A stretch of 62,926 nt of DNA, the filler included, from Rhabdomonas costata (lineage: Eukaryota), in NCBI GenBank assembly GCA_019059605.1. It is 21 parts of 21 records of this genome, joined end to end, with 100 filler letters (N's around TTAATTAATTAA, not from the genome) between each part and the next. Parts side by side here need not be neighbours in the genome. Positions count along the whole stretch, not along the records: positions 48,033 to 50,931 come from JAHMHO010001778.1; positions 51,032 to 53,930 come from JAHMHO010001779.1; positions 54,031 to 56,929 come from JAHMHO010001780.1; positions 57,030 to 59,929 come from JAHMHO010001781.1; positions 60,030 to 62,926 come from JAHMHO010001782.1; 16 more parts are not named here. One strand, written 5' to 3'. The first letter of the stretch is position 1. Each line of letters opens with the position of its first letter. Shown one piece after another: positions 50,475 to 62,926 of the stretch. Under the pieces are notes generated by a model. That model did no database searches, was not told where the DNA came from, and worked only from the letters and a program-made list of their open reading frames with translations. The position numbers were made by a program, and so were the translations under genes.

Positions 50475-51468
50475 GCGCGGAGTGAAACCGGAAACGGGGA
50501 GGGGATGCCCCCTCCCCCTGAAGTGTGACTTGTGAAAGACTATTCCGCGGATGGGGTGGCACCCGCGGCCCTGCCCGTGTTTCTTACACGCGCAGACGGC
50601 ACCTCTGGCTTTTCTTCTGATGACTCGTGTGTGTCCTTGGACGACAGTGTGCTTTGGTCCTCTTTTGGCCGTTCTGAGCTTCTTGGAGTCTCCCTTGGCT
50701 GCCATGAGTCGGGCAGCTGCCGTTTTCAAAAAAAAACATCTGTGTGGCACTGACGGCAGCTCCTCCTGCTTAAGACATCGATTAATGCTGGATTTCCGGG
50801 CGCAAACCGCTGAAACCCCTGAGACCTTTGTGGATGGGGAGTGAATTCGAAAACCATCTTTACGTTGAATACCGCCCGATGCAGCAGCAGATGCCACCGC
50901 ACTGCTTTGTTCCCACAAACCCTGATGTTTANNNNNNNNNNNNNNNNNNNNNNNNNNNNNNNNNNNNNNNNNNNNTTAATTAATTAANNNNNNNNNNNNN
51001 NNNNNNNNNNNNNNNNNNNNNNNNNNNNNNNGTTTTTTGGTAATATTGGCCAAGTTAGTTGGAAACGCGCGGACTCGGAAAGGGGTACGCAGGCGCGCAT
51101 CAAGTGGGCGAAAAAATAACGAAGCAGGAGACAGCTGGGGCCGAGCAGGAATAGAACGCGGAAACGAAAAACCTTAAGTCCTTCGCTGCGTGGGGCAAGA
51201 AGCGGCGCAAGAGATCTTCGAAAGAGCCGCCAAGGGGCACCGCAACCACAGTAAAGGAAAATTGCTGACCCCAAGGACCAGCCACGCAGCGTTTCGGGAC
51301 GCCTGTTTTTAGAACAAAGATCCTCAGCTTGGACCCCTCGGTCTTTGTCATCGACTTGGATGAAAATTTTGCAATAGAGGACAACAGGAGGCAAGAATGG
51401 GCCCCCAAAAAGGGGACGGACGTCTTTTTGAGGATTGGGAAAGGGGTAGTAAGCGATGCACCGTGCAG

Positions 51469-51680
51469 GGGGATGCCAGGGGGGCATTTCATGGGTGCGC
51501 AGCGGGCTGTCTAGCGGCGCCATTGCGGGGTCTGTGGTGGGCTCTGTGGCGGGGTTCGCGATGGTTGTACTTGGAGCGATGATGGTTGTGCTTCACCGCC
51601 GTCGCCGCCGTGCCCGTCACGTACCAGTCTCTAGTCAAGTCCACCCCGTGTCCGGTACCCGCCTCAACGATGGTCCTTAA
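51469..51680 (+). CDS. Terminal exon of a type I membrane protein
   Basis: LSSGAIAGSVVGSVAGFAMVVLGAMMVVLHRRRRR is a TM helix plus basic stop-transfer. It follows an AG acceptor and ends in TAA. Confidence 0.65.
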
Positions 51681-53819
51681 GTGCACTTTCCCCCTCTCCT
51701 CACCTCCCCTACTCTCTGTGCTCACTTTTGGTTTCGCGCCGTATAGGTATAAGTATGTATAATCGTGTTGAGTGTGATTGTGTGCCGTTTGGGTTGGCAC
51801 CAACTTTGATGTGCCGCTGTTCTGTTTTTTTTTTTTTTGCTATTCTGGCCCGAATGTAATGTAATGGTCCGAGACTAGTTTGAGCATTACAGAAGCCGAA
51901 ACCGGAGGAGTTTTTTTTTACTTTTCCTGCAAACGACCAGGTCCCATGCATCGTGCTTGCGTGACTTTGTAGCTGCCTCGTACCACCTGGCCGCGGCGGA
52001 GGAGGGGGTGGCCGAGGTTGACATCACTGATATGGCCAACCGGGCACCGTAGTACATTCGGCGGCGGAATCTTCTACCATCGTTTTCTTGGTTTCCTTTT
52101 TGTAAAGTCGTGCTCGTTTTCGAAGGGACTGCGTTCGTTCGGCCCACCACCACCCACCACCCTTGTGATTCCAATGTTCTCTTCATTCACTCCTCGTCCC
52201 TCAGATGCCCGTTTAACGGATGGGCTTAAAATAAAAAAGTCACTCTGGGTGTCACTGTCTGGTGTGTCTTTTTCCATTTCCATTTAGATGTCCCGTTCTG
52301 CGTGTTTTGTGTGCTTCATAGGTATGCGACAGATTTCAACCTGCTCTGTATAGGATGCCATCACGACCCACCGTGTTTTTGACTTGGGACAGAAAAGAAA
52401 AGAGGATCAAGCGAGAATGAAAAGTTGGAAACAGAAAAGTTGCTTTCGTCTCGTTGCGCATTGCTCCTTCAAACTGGCAATAGATTGTTCGTGTAGTTTT
52501 CCTTCTCACTTTCCTTTTTCTTGGGGAAGGGGGGGTTGACTTCGTCGCGATCGAAGGGTCTTGCCGTTCATATTTGTTGAGAGAGGTCGTGACGCGGGCA
52601 ATGCCTTTCTTGATAAGGTAAAAATGGTTGACATTCAGGCAAGGGGCGTGTTTCGGAGCTTCCTGAGATTTTCTTGTAGCATCGCGTGGTGTCTTTGTAC
52701 TGCTGTGGAGGCCAGCTTTGCCTTGCATGCTCTGTCTGCGGTCTGGGACGTATCTTATCGCCTTCTATTCCGGTGGGTGTTTGTTGAGGTGTTTTCATTG
52801 CCTTCTTTCCATGCCTTTGTCTTTCCAACCCACCCCTACCCCACCCTGATTTATTCCTTTCCGGTGGAGTTCTCCCCGCGAACTGCCGAGGCATTCCCGA
52901 GCAGAACCTGCTTATTCCCATGTCGAGTAGAGAAAGCCCATGATAGAAAAGAAGGGCAATGAAAAAGCCGGAGCGGTGAGGGAGGAAGGTCTCTTTTGGC
53001 GAAATGCCAACCCGACGACCTGGAAACTTTTTGCAACGCGGTGGCGGTATCAGCAGAAAAGCAGAAAAGCGTCGTTTTTGTTGTTGTGTCTCTCGTTGTC
53101 ATGCTGTTGTCCTCCTTTCATTTGGATTTTGTTCTGTGGAATTCCCTTGATTGATGAGTTGCTTGTTTGATGGATTGTTTTGTCCACTGCCCCCGACTTT
53201 TTGTGGAGAAATGCTCCAGCATCCCATTCGCTCGAAGGGGCCCTCCTGGACGTCAATGTTCTAAAGGGTCCAAAAGAGTCATCCTTGGCCTGCAATATAT
53301 CGCGTCTTTGAGCTCTCCAGAGGTCCGCTAACATGGGCTCTTGGACCATTCCTCCATAAATGCGCATGATACTTGTCAGGCGAAATTCAAAAGTCGCCTT
53401 CGACGTAGAACTGCTAACTGCAGAACTGCAAATCCCATCAGAATTGCGCCAGCTCAACGGCGTTGGGCCCCCAAAAGAAAGTTGGTAAAACGATCGAGCT
53501 GTGCGTTCGGCAGCTGTGAGTTTATCCTGACCCATGAGGCGCTCAAAGGGAGTGTCGCATGTCGCTTCGTTTGAGTTTGTGTCTCTGTGCTGGGGTGTGG
53601 GGGTATCGGTTTCTAAACCAGCTGGATTTTTGAGATTAGGAGGCTCTGCATCCCGCCTTCTGAGTACCCGAATATGTGAACAACGTCCCCGCCTCAGCCG
53701 ACCGCCCGGCCATCACGGCGGCTGTCGCAGCCCCGAGGTCTATAGTTCTTGTTTCGTGTCCCACACTTGACTTTCACATTTTCTCCTAACTCAACAGGAA
53801 TTCTCTACTACACTCCAGT

Positions 53820-53930
53820 ATGCCGAAACGAGCGATGCTTCCTCTCCTTCTGACTTTCTTTACTCTGGTCACCCAGAGTTGGGGACAGTCCTTGTCCTGC
53901 CCGGTGTGCGGCACAGCGGTCAATGCCACC
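53820..53930 (+). CDS. First exon of a secreted protein
   Basis: MPKRAMLPLLLTFFTLVTQSWGQSLSCPVCG is a signal peptide, preceded by a pyrimidine tract and an AG. Confidence 0.5.
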
Positions 53931-56038
53931 NNNNNNNNNNNNNNNNNNNNNNNNNNNNNNNNNNNNNNNNNNNNTTAATTAATTAANNNNNNNNNNNNNN
54001 NNNNNNNNNNNNNNNNNNNNNNNNNNNNNNACCAGCCAATGGCACGGCCCCATGGAAGTTGGGAGGGGGGGTGTGTGCCCCTTTCCCCGAACCCTGTGAC
54101 CGCCTCTTCGAGTCCATCTGCTGACACAACGGCCTTGATTGCTCCCCTGCAGAGCTCTCTCAGCCCCGCTTCAGCCCCTCTGCAGTCCCTCAAGTCCATG
54201 CCCGCTGGGCTAACTCATCTTCCTCCGTGCGGCCATTTAGGGTCGTGCCGCCGTCTGCGCGGAAAGCGGGTGCGCTTCACCCTCTCCCATGAAAGGAAGC
54301 GGGGTGGTTGCGGAAATCCTTACCCTCCTTACCTCCTCTTGGAAAGGCTGCTCGTGTCCATTTTCTCAACATTCTAAATCCATAGTACCCGTTTTCCTTC
54401 CTTTGACTTTTTGCCACAAACTAGGACATGTGTTCGTAAATTCGCTGTTCCATTTCTGTTTTTTTGCTGTTTAGCGCACTTGTTTTGTTTCTTTTCCTAA
54501 CTGTGACTTACCTCTCCGATCGAGTTTCGAACGAAATCCCCGTTCCGGTTTGTTATTCGCTCAATATATAGAGTCGCTCCGCCCTACACCAGGTGTTGGT
54601 GATGACTCGGATTCGCTCGTTCGCATATAAACCAAACGTCTTTGTCTGGTCGCCCGCTGTCGAGCGTGTTTTCACGCAGGGAAATGACTACTTCATTTGC
54701 CAAGAATGTCAATGCAGGTGGAAGATCTCCTCGCGCTGGAGGTCCCGTGTTGCAGTGTCCAGCGAGTGAAGTCCTTCTCTGATGCCCTAAAGCAGTATGA
54801 TGATGGCTTTTGTTCCTTTTACTTGCCAGCTCCCAACTGTCAACGGTTTTTACACTGATGAATTTTGGTTCCGCTGTACTATAGTTGGTGCCTCTAGCGC
54901 TTCCATCACCACCACCATTCTTCTTATCTTGTGCTGTTGTTGGTTGAGGAGACCCGCTTTTCTTTATATGAGGCTGCAGGGGGCATGCCCCCACCCGCTG
55001 GCCTCAAGCTCCCGACTTGTTACTTCGATTTTTCCTTCTTGTGGTTGTAAGGTGCCGTCCATCCTTTGGTTTTCCCACCTATATACAGCTGTTGACTGGA
55101 CTGGCAACGGCTTTTGCTCATCGTTTCCAGTGGTTTGTGCTTCATTTTTTCAGTGTCGAGGTTTTGTGTATTTTTGTAAGAATTCAGCTTTGTGAGCTTG
55201 GTGGTGTGAACCTCCTTTCCCGTGATCTCCTCCATCCCTTTTTTCTCCCCTCACTTGCTTTCTTTCCTTTTCCCTCGAAACGATGTTGTCTCAACACCTT
55301 CCGTGGCGTATTTTCCGGAAGTTTTTTTGCTGCTTTGGTGACGTTTTTTTTCATTTTTTTCTGGTCCCACCGTCGCTGGGGATCAAGAGTTGTGCGGGGG
55401 AGAGTCGGCCTCCGGTGTTTGTTGAAGGGCAAGGCGATCGCCTTCCCATGCTTGTGTTCGGGTTCAAGTTGTCACCATTGGTCTGCGTCGGGAAGCATAC
55501 GCACATACGCTCGCTTTCCTTTCCTCCATCACGCACAGCCTCACCCCTTTCAATAATTTGCACCGTCGCTCCGACATTGTACCTGTGTCTGCGTTGTGAC
55601 CTTTTGGGGAATTCTGCGGAAATGATAAGATCTTCTCATAGTTTGCTCTGAGAGACCGGACCTTTGTGCATTGTCAGGTCTTCAAATATCACTCACCAGA
55701 TCATTCTGCTGATCTGCGGAGTGAACGGGCGGAGTAAAGGTTGATCACGGCTGGAAGTCGTTTGTGACCACGTGGCGTCACATCAAGAGTTAGAGCTGAC
55801 AGAGGGTCAAACGCCCAGCGTGAAAAACAAGTACAACCAATATTCAATGGAACCCAGTTTTCCACCACGCACCTCCTGTTTCGACTGCCGCGCTTTCCCA
55901 TTACCATGAAACCCTTGAAAGCTGCTGAAGCCCATTGTTCGTGTTGATTTTTCCCATGGTTCATTATTCTGGAACAATAATTTGCTATCTTTGGTCGCAC
56001 CTATTTCAGAAGCGAGGGAGAGTGTGTCTCGTTTCAAG

Positions 56039-56116
56039 ATGGCCACTCACTCAGAGGGGCAACTGCTTGCTACTAACTTGATGTTGCTTGGTCTTTACCC
56101 GGAGCAGATCCGCAAG
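56039..56116 (+). CDS. Possible first exon of a HAUS6/augmin subunit 6-like protein
   Basis: MATHSEGQLLATNLMLLGLYPEQIRK followed by a GT donor resembles the HAUS6 N-terminal TN.LLLG..P motif. Downstream exons were not found. Confidence 0.3.
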
Positions 56117-57339
56117 GTGTTTTGCTCATGTACAGACTTACATGCACTCACTAACAGTTGCGCTCACTCAAAACTCTCTTTTGTTGAGGCACTAAGTGCA
56201 CTGAGTATGGCCGTGAGTAGCGGTAACAGAGTATGCCGACAGCATGAACCGCGAGCAGTTCAGCGTTCTGAGCGTGGCCTTCAGACTCCGAAAGACACGG
56301 TGCCCCGGGAGTGCAATGGCTGGCCTTTTTAGAGGACAAGAGGCTCTGATTAGTCGACGAGAGAATGTTGGGGGTTTAGCGCTCCTCTAACGATAGGTTT
56401 GGAGTCACAGTCCGACATGCCGAAAGAGGTGCACTGCATAACGGCTCAGTGCACACACATGCGAAAACTTTACCCCACTCCTTGTTTTTCATGAAGCATA
56501 TCCCGCGGTCTCGGTCGGTTCGATTACGAACTTAATTTGAGGCGGCGTCCGAATTGTTTAGCAGGTGTATCCTGAGTATCTCAGTGGTTTCTGCTGCTAC
56601 TCGATTCTTTCATTCTTCTGTGGTGATTGTATGCTCAAGCGCATGCAGAGTTGAAAAATAAGGAAGAAAGAAAGAAAGGAAAGAACTTGGTCTGCAAAGC
56701 AGAACCTGTTCACTGTTCGACTACAACAGTGAAGAGTGTCATGGGCGGGTTGTTTCGTCTGCCCCAGATGAAGAACAGGCCTCCAACCTCTTCATTAAGT
56801 CCTGCTCACGTCTGCCGCCTCAAGTCGGGGAGCTTTTCACTGTCCCGCCATCACAGCTGCCTCGTGAGCAGGACTTAATGAAGAGGTTGGAGGCCTGTTC
56901 TTCATCTGGGGCAGACGAAACCACCCCACNNNNNNNNNNNNNNNNNNNNNNNNNNNNNNNNNNNNNNNNNNNNTTAATTAATTAANNNNNNNNNNNNNNN
57001 NNNNNNNNNNNNNNNNNNNNNNNNNNNNNTGTTGGGTGTGTGGGGTTCGGCAGAAATCAAGCAATTTTAAAAAAGATCTGGGTGGGAACTCGGTGGGAAA
57101 GAAAAGCGGGCGTTTTGGAGCAGTCTGTGGAGCAAACCAACGGGCAAAAAAGTCGATGGAAAAAGACAGGAGAATCACATAAATGGGGAAGAGAATGATA
57201 AGACAGGGAAACTAGAAGGAAACGGAACTGCGCAGCGGAGGACGGTGAAGACACACGCAGGGAAGGGAAAAGGGCGGCGCTAGAAGCACTGTTCGCATTC
57301 AATTCAACTCAATTCAAAGTTCAACACAACTTTGTTTTT

Positions 57340-57500
57340 GCGATATATAGGATATCTAGTATCGAGTATATAGAGTATATATGGAGGGTATATATAATAT
57401 AGGCATCTACATCTATCTATAGATATAGATAGATATAGTTAGTTATACTACAGCACTATAGATATAGATATCTATAGTGCTGTAGTATCTATATATATAG
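57340..57500. repeat. AT-rich (ATAG/CTAT/AT)n low-complexity tract
   Basis: Runs of atatagatatagatagatatag and atctatctatag. Confidence 0.8.
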
Positions 57501-58637
57501 TGCTGCCTTGTCGGTCCTTCCAAGCCCGTGTAAAGACACAAGGGCTCAAAAACCCCTGAAAATGGGCTTAGATGAGGACGGCTGTAAACGCAAACATTCC
57601 GGTCCACTCCGGTGCCAGCATGAAGTACTCCTGGGCTCACCCTTACGAATGCAAAAAGTACACCTAAAGCCCAATTTTAGAAGTAGAAATGCCCTTAAAA
57701 GGGTCATGCTTGGACCTTAAGGGGGTTATATCGATGTTGGAGTCCGACACCGGGAAGCGGCCAACCAACCAATCTCAGGGGTACTACCTAACCATATAAA
57801 AAGAGCCCCAGTGAAATCAGAGGTCAACGTTACGTTTCCAGTCCGGTCCGATGGGGTCGGGAGTGAACATGGCGCATGTCACCCGGCGAATGTGTGACGT
57901 TTGGGTCCGAAATAACTGGTCGGTAATAGTTCGGCTATGGCAACCCCCTCCCCATCAGTTCGGTTGAGGCACCCCCACACACCATCACCATCATCCTTTA
58001 GTCCCACCTTCCGTTGGAATTCGGGTATTGCCTTTGCAGGGGTTTAGGAGGCGATGCCGTGGGTCTCAGGGTCACACATACGTGAAAGGCAAGCACGGTT
58101 TGCAAAGAAATAAAACCAAAGAAAACCAGCACACCAAGCCAAGCAAGAGCTCGGTGATGCCGTAGATCGCGTTGGCAACCACAGTGGGATCCTAGGAGGG
58201 AGGTGTTGCACAACCACTGCACCAGGTAAAGGCAACACCAGTTACCTGCACGCTACCACCACAACCCAATTACCCAGTTCCGACAACTCGTAACGGAGTT
58301 GGATATCGTGGGAGCATGGCATGACGCCACGGCGAGAAGAACTCTCATCATGCGGTGACCAAAAGTTGCCCAAGAGATACAGGCACTCCGTGGGACAAGA
58401 CCTTTGAGGCTATCTTCCGCCATTCAAGGCGATCTAAAACAACTGGAGCAGCGGTCCGCATATACCCGACGGGAACTATTGCGTCGGAACATGAACCAGC
58501 ACCACAATGTTGGTTCCACACGGTAGTACGTGCAAACTTCCAGCAACGTCAAACATTCGGGGGATTCTACGAAGAAAGAGTGGCTTTGATAAAACGGACT
58601 GCGTCGATATCTGAGGCAAAGAGTGAAAGGCACTCAC

Positions 58638-59929
58638 CACATTGTTCACATTGAACGGCATCCGGGTGCCGTTCGTATGCCGGCACTCCTCGGTGCTCAT
58701 CATCCATGTTGTAATCAGGGCAAGCGAGGTCGAGTTGGTGCTCCCCCGCGAGGCCTTCTGTTTCTGAAGAAACCCCCGCATCCAGTAATACGTCCGGGGG
58801 TCGATCAGCGACGCATCGGGGTTTGGGGAGAAAGGGCGGTAGGCGTGCTTCTTGAAGAGCCCTGTGCCGAGCAGAGATAACAACCCCCTCTCACGATTTT
58901 CCTTAATATTCAAATCTTTCTAATTTCTCCAAGCTTTTCCGTGAAAGGGCCCTCGAATGAAACCACCAATAGTCCGCACAGTGACCCTGGAACAACAAGG
59001 ATACGGAAAAATGCCTTGGGTTGCACTTCTTCCCGAACCGTCTCCTTTTGCCTCTACAAGTACAAATTTCGAAGCACCTCTGAGCAATGTCAGGATAATC
59101 CCATTCATAAGGTTCACTGGGGGTGCACTTGGGGTTTTTTGCGCCGATTCTGGCGCCCATGCAGCGGAGGGTTTACGACAACACCCAACGTATTTACAAA
59201 ACGCAACCACGGAATAAAATTCAAAAAAAAATGCAAAGCCGGCCGTTTCCACACTAAATACCCAAGGACCGGCCACGCAGCGTTTCGGGAGACCTGCTGT
59301 TTATACAAAAGACCTCAGGCCTGCTTCGGCTCAGCCTACACACTAAATCCAATCCAATAATATGGCCGCCCTTCCTCCCGGCCACCCCACGTTCGCGAGC
59401 CGGAATGAGGTTACGCTACTGCACCTGTGGGCAACAGTGATGAGTGGTTTTGAGACTCCTTGTGTAGTTAGAAGGAGACAGACGTTTCCAAAGGAAATTG
59501 TTCACACACCTAAACAAGCTAAACAGAGTTTTCCCAAGCTCGCAGTGATTAAGGGCCGGGGGTGCGACGACCCAAAGTGAGCTTTCAAAAGAAAAAACAA
59601 GCCCCCACAAAAATAAAATGAAATAAACAGAGTTTAGTTTCAGCATTTTTTTCACAGTCTCAAACCCAGCCTGGCACAAAACGTACCAAAAAGTGCGTTG
59701 TAATCAGGGACTCCAAGCTTCTCAAACATTGCTGCAGCCTCAGGGAACTCCTCTCGCTTTGCTTTCAACGCTGCCGCCAAGGCGAGGCCAACCCCCGTGT
59801 CGTCGGAGTCAGGGGGGATTCGAAAGACTTTCAAGAACGATGTAAGCATCTGCAGAGCACCCTTCACCTTCTCCCACAGCTTTTCCTTGCCCAAAGCCTT
59901 CAGTATCCAGTGCACAACTCCACCACCCC
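58638..59929 (-). CDS. Conserved-looking uncharacterised protein with a PDxDDT motif, internal fragment
   Basis: Exons 59929-59687 and 58861-58638 (phase 1) give FRIPPDSDDTGVGLAL...ALF|GLFKKHAYRPFS...IDPRTYYWMRGFL...LITTW...MPFNVNNV. Confidence 0.7.
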
Positions 59930-60151
59930 NNNNNNNNNNNNNNNNNNNNNNNNNNNNNNNNNNNNNNNNNNNNTTAATTAATTAANNNNNNNNNNNNNNN
60001 NNNNNNNNNNNNNNNNNNNNNNNNNNNNNTGTTTTGGTTGCCAGAGTTTCTCCTTGGATTTCCTGTGATGTACGACTTGTTGGCCCCTTCCTTGGCGTTG
60101 GTTTCCATGTAACTTGAATATCGGGCTTGATAGAATCGCCCATATGTCTCA

Positions 60152-62538
60152 GGAAGGCTGTGGTGAACGCGTCGGCATTGGGCTTGGGCAACGCCACCGG
60201 GTCCGGCTTTGTGTATGTCTTTCACTGGAATGGGACGCAGTGGATCCAGCTGCAGGAGCTTCGGCCTGTGGATGCCCTTTACATCGGTCCTTTACTATTG
60301 CCATCCCTTTTTGCCTGAGCTGGTAAGGAAGAAGTAAATGTTATGTCCTGAGGCCTGGTGAAGGAAGCACCCTTGAACACAGATCCGGGAGAGGGCAGGA
60401 AGTAGGATGTAAACTTGCTGAACAGTTGGAAGCGCAGTGCAGGCCAATTGGCAGCGGTGTATGAACCGCAAATGGCTGCTTGCGTGGTCTCGCAAGTCGG
60501 TTCCCACGCTCAAAGCTGAAGCATAAAGTAGGCAATGCTGCCCTAAAAGCGCGCACACAAGTGGCTGCACCCGGATTGCCTTTCGAAGGCACTGGGCTTC
60601 GCTGATATTGCGGTTCCTTCGCTTTAAAGCTTTACATACGCGCATTTCGCAGTTGTTCTGAGAACGGATTTTTTTCTTCTTTTAGGGGAATCAGGTACTG
60701 TCCTCTTCGGAAACCCATCACCCCCTTTCTCTCTTTTTTTGGTACCCCTGACCAAGTATGAAATTCTTCCTGCCTTTTCCTCTCAGGCCACTCTGTCGCA
60801 GTGAGCCCAGACGGCCAATGGCTGGCTCTGGGATCGGCGGGCTGGTGGATTCCCACGGAGTGGAACGGCACTGCCATGGCCAACGCCAGCGACCCGCAGC
60901 CCTTGCCTCAGGACACCGTTTGGGTGTACCACAGAGCAACCTCTTCTTCCGCGTTTACCCCCTTTGTGGTGCTTACAGCGCCGGACAACACAAGCTTATT
61001 TGGTGCCGCCCTTGCGCTGTCCAATGACACTCTCGCTATCGGGGTATGCCCGCTCAAAAGCTAACTTTTCTAACTTCGCCCTATTACTCCCATTGCTGGA
61101 CATTGACCCTGAGTGTGTTCAGTTTTCGTAGGGTCGCAGGACAATTGTAGGCCCTGTTACCAGTGAACTGGTTTGCCTTGCCAAATTTCCGACTTTTCCA
61201 ATATTATCTTCCCTTCAGTAGATTTTGACAGTGCTCTGAGGATTTTTTGACCCAGTTACCAGAAAGGCGATGCTCCTAGGCCCTCAAAAACAGTCACGTC
61301 AGTGTATACGATGTTTCTATGTGCCTTCGGAAGCTATGAGGTTGTATGGGATATCAGCCCATCTCACCTTTCCCATGTAGGCTCCCGGTGCGATGACGAG
61401 CCCGGCCAACAGCAGCGCCATCACGACAGGTTCAGTGCTGGTGTACCGCCTGGGAGGCTCTCCCCTGGCTTGGTCACTGCAGCAGCAATTGTGGGACCCG
61501 CTGCCGCAGTCTAGCCGGGCCTTTGCCGGCACTGCAGCCAATGTGACGGACCGATTTGGAGGTTGGAAACCGTGCGCCCTCAGCTTTCGGAGCCATTGTA
61601 CGTTTTTGCTCTTTCGGGGCCTGTCCGGCAAGTTGGGAAGTTGTATTATAATGAAGGAAAGGCAAATGTGTGGATCCAAACAGGGTGGCTCGGGCAATAT
61701 TTTTCAGCTTACGTTAGTAGCTCATTATGTTAGCTCTGATGACAAATGAATCCGTGACCTTTGATTCCTTCTGGAACTCCCAAGCCTGCCCCTCTTCCGT
61801 TCTCACGCATTTCTGCTTTGGAGTCATGGAATGTGGCACCGTATGATGGGTTGTAATGGGTTAACTGTGCTATTACAGGGAGGATTCGTTTGCATTGCAT
61901 TGGGTTGTGATGTCCCTGTAAGTATGAATTCTTGGCACGGAAGGGTGGTGGTGGTGGTGGTGGTGACAACAGCTGCGGTGGCGCTGTCTGGCGAGCTGCT
62001 CGCGACCTCCACTCGGAGCACCCAAGCCTCCGCGATGGCCTCCAACCCGCGGCTTTCCCAAGGGGCGGCGTACATTTGGAAAGGTGCTTCTTTTCTCCAT
62101 CCGAGCTGTGAGCTAGATTATGCGCAGGACAGTTTATCTGACTATAACCAACATGGGCGGGTTGGAAAATCGCGTGAATTTGGTCAGCTCCTCGCCTTCT
62201 GGGCGCAGCCGTAATTTGCGTACCAAAGCTGCGCCGGAAAAATGGAGAAGGTAATGACTTCTTTTCAAGGCGCTCCTTCGACACCAGGGACCTTAAAATG
62301 CCTCAAATAATGGGATTTCACAAAGCAATTTCCCGTAGGAACTTGATGTACATTTGTGTGTGTAGATGTTTCCATGGTAGATATGTACTGCACTGAACTG
62401 TACGCGAAGATTTGGCGTGTGTTGGTACAGACATCCCAATGACGATCAGCCCTCCGCAGAGCTCTGTGGTGTGCGAGTACACCATCCTGACCGCGAACAT
62501 TACCACCGTCTGTGTCATCCACGCCCGCAATGCGGCAG
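60152..62538 (+). CDS. FG-GAP/integrin-alpha-like beta-propeller extracellular protein, internal fragment
   Basis: Exonic segments SGFVYVFHWNGTQWIQLQEL, HSVAVSPDGQWLALGS...FGAALALSNDTLAIG, GSVLVYRLG...DRFG and AAVALSGELL...GAAYIWK are repeated FG..VA...GA / G.VYVF blades. Many N-x-S/T sequons are present. Confidence 0.75.
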
Positions 62539-62926
62539 GTCTGACAACCATTTCTCTATTGAATGGCTTTCGGGAGTTTTTGTGTTATTGTTATGCTCGA
62601 TACACTTGTTTCGTCCCTGTGCTTCGCTCCACTCAAGTGCTTTGAGTACACTCGGGCATTCCGCATTTGTTTGGCTTGCTCCTCACCGTTTGGGGCTGTT
62701 GGGGGGGGGGGTCTTAAAAGTATAACACCATTAAACAAACTTAAACTTAAAAATCGGCATCTAGGTGAGAACAGGAAACGTAAACCCCTTTCGCTAAGAT
62801 AACATCATCCAGTGAGTAAAGGCACAGTTAACGTAAGCCCCATGCTGAGAAAATGACTTTTTTGAGGAACAAGATTTTTGACCGTTCAACACCGTTAAAC
62901 ATAAACATAAAATTTGCAAAACCCCC

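Noticed and set aside
56752-56921. Perfect 59-bp inverted repeat
   Set aside because: Terminal fold-back next to the primer-like tail.

Overview
This window is not one contiguous locus. It is 21 unrelated ~2.9-kb contigs joined by a 100-nt artificial linker (44 N + TTAATTAATTAA + 44 N), so neighbourhood across linkers means nothing. The DNA is from an intron-rich eukaryote. Three features point to a euglenozoan, probably a euglenid (inference): GT-AG introns with GTNYG-biased donors, a trypanosomatid-like squalene synthase N-terminus and a GH17 beta-1,3-glucanase. G/T-only contig starts, C/A-only contig ends and perfect terminal fold-backs suggest a whole-genome-amplified library. Manually spliced gene fragments: class III adenylate cyclase, squalene synthase, signal-peptide NodU/CmcH carbamoyltransferase, KTI12, DM10/EFHC protein, GH17 glucanase, TMEM198-like protein, sirtuin, galactokinase-like GHMP kinase, LamG protein, Brr2, an FG-GAP propeller protein and a DxDD-motif protein. 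The most interesting items are (i) a protein with three tandem YTH domains that each keep the m6A aromatic cage, (ii) a nearly intronless Pif1-family helicase fused to an SLX1-like GIY-YIG nuclease (candidate mobile element), (iii) a class I sirtuin lacking all four zinc-binding cysteines, and (iv) single lesions in otherwise intact genes (a TAG in KTI12; frameshifts in Brr2 and the carbamoyltransferase), which are most likely amplification errors but testable for recoding or editing. All family assignments come from motif recognition; no database searches were run.
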